Shown in pieces: positions 63,498 to 64,000 of a stretch of DNA of 64,000 nucleotides. The notes below the pieces were generated by a model that was not told where the DNA came from, ran no database searches, and worked only from the letters and a program-made list of their open reading frames with translations. The DNA lies in NCBI GenBank assembly GCA_028023455.1, contig JAQFVV010000010.1:15624001-15688000 (forward strand), written 5' to 3'. A program made the position numbers and the translations under genes. How positions within the stretch are numbered: the first letter of the stretch is position 1; each line of letters starts with the position of its first letter. The DNA comes from Epiperipatus broadwayi (taxonomy: Eukaryota > Animalia > Onychophora).

Positions 63498-64000
63498 CTA
63501 AATAATATTAATTTTTTAACATTATTATTATAATTTTTGCTGCAATTACTTTATAATCAATATATTGATAAAGTTGATTAATCCTCTCTTATAACAATGA
63601 ATCAATTATAATTAATTTATAATTCCCAAAAAAAATTCAAATTTAACATCTTTTGACATATGTTTGTTAGCTTTATTTCTAAATTGAAGGATTTTAAATC
63701 TTTTTAGTTATTATCAGTTTTTATTACTTACAATTTCACTTAAATTGTAAGAAACACAAACTGATAGTGATTGGTTTAAAAAATTGAAACATTAAAATTA
63801 ATGATGATTGTATAACAATAAATTACAATTAGAAACAGCAGTCTAAGTTATTAATAAAAGCACAAACATAAATAAAAAGAATTTTTAATTTTTCACAATT
63901 ATGCCAGAAACAATGGTAGACATGACTTACTCTGATCTCTAAATTCCAAAACGATGTGAAATGGAATAAATTGAAACAGTGAAAAAATAACTGAATGATA

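Noticed and set aside
63925-63945. Minus-strand donor GTAAGT as the end of the preceding ADCK1 exon
   Set aside because: The upstream sequence does not translate into ADCK1-like residues in any frame.

Overview
This is very AT-rich eukaryotic genomic DNA, inferred to be invertebrate and plausibly arthropod or chelicerate; the species cannot be determined from the sequence. There are two recognisable host genes. (1) An intact, single-coding-exon MED15 (Mediator subunit 15) on + at 12150-13787, with a probable 80-nt 5'-UTR intron and a candidate head-to-head first exon of an unidentified gene about 140 nt upstream. (2) The 3' six coding exons of ADCK1 (aarF-domain kinase 1) on - between 63497 and 29131, all with GT-AG boundaries and phase-0 junctions; the earlier exons lie beyond the window. 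The rest is a dense layer of decayed transposable elements: two Merlin/ISXO2 DNA transposons, a mariner, a hAT remnant, RTE and CR1/L2 LINE fragments, solo LTRs, a fold-back MITE, and several Penelope-like element (PLE) remnants with GIY-YIG and RT motifs. The most notable signal is a set of minimal type I hammerhead ribozyme (HHR) motifs from at least four unrelated repeat families, most of them in fold-back elements whose 3' ends point outward. Three have a complete catalytic core (6270-6312 +, 20682-20725 +, and 52501-52544 - with a U3-A8 variant core); the last lies in ADCK1 sense orientation about 110 nt upstream of an exon. All calls are by eye, with no searches or folding programs run.
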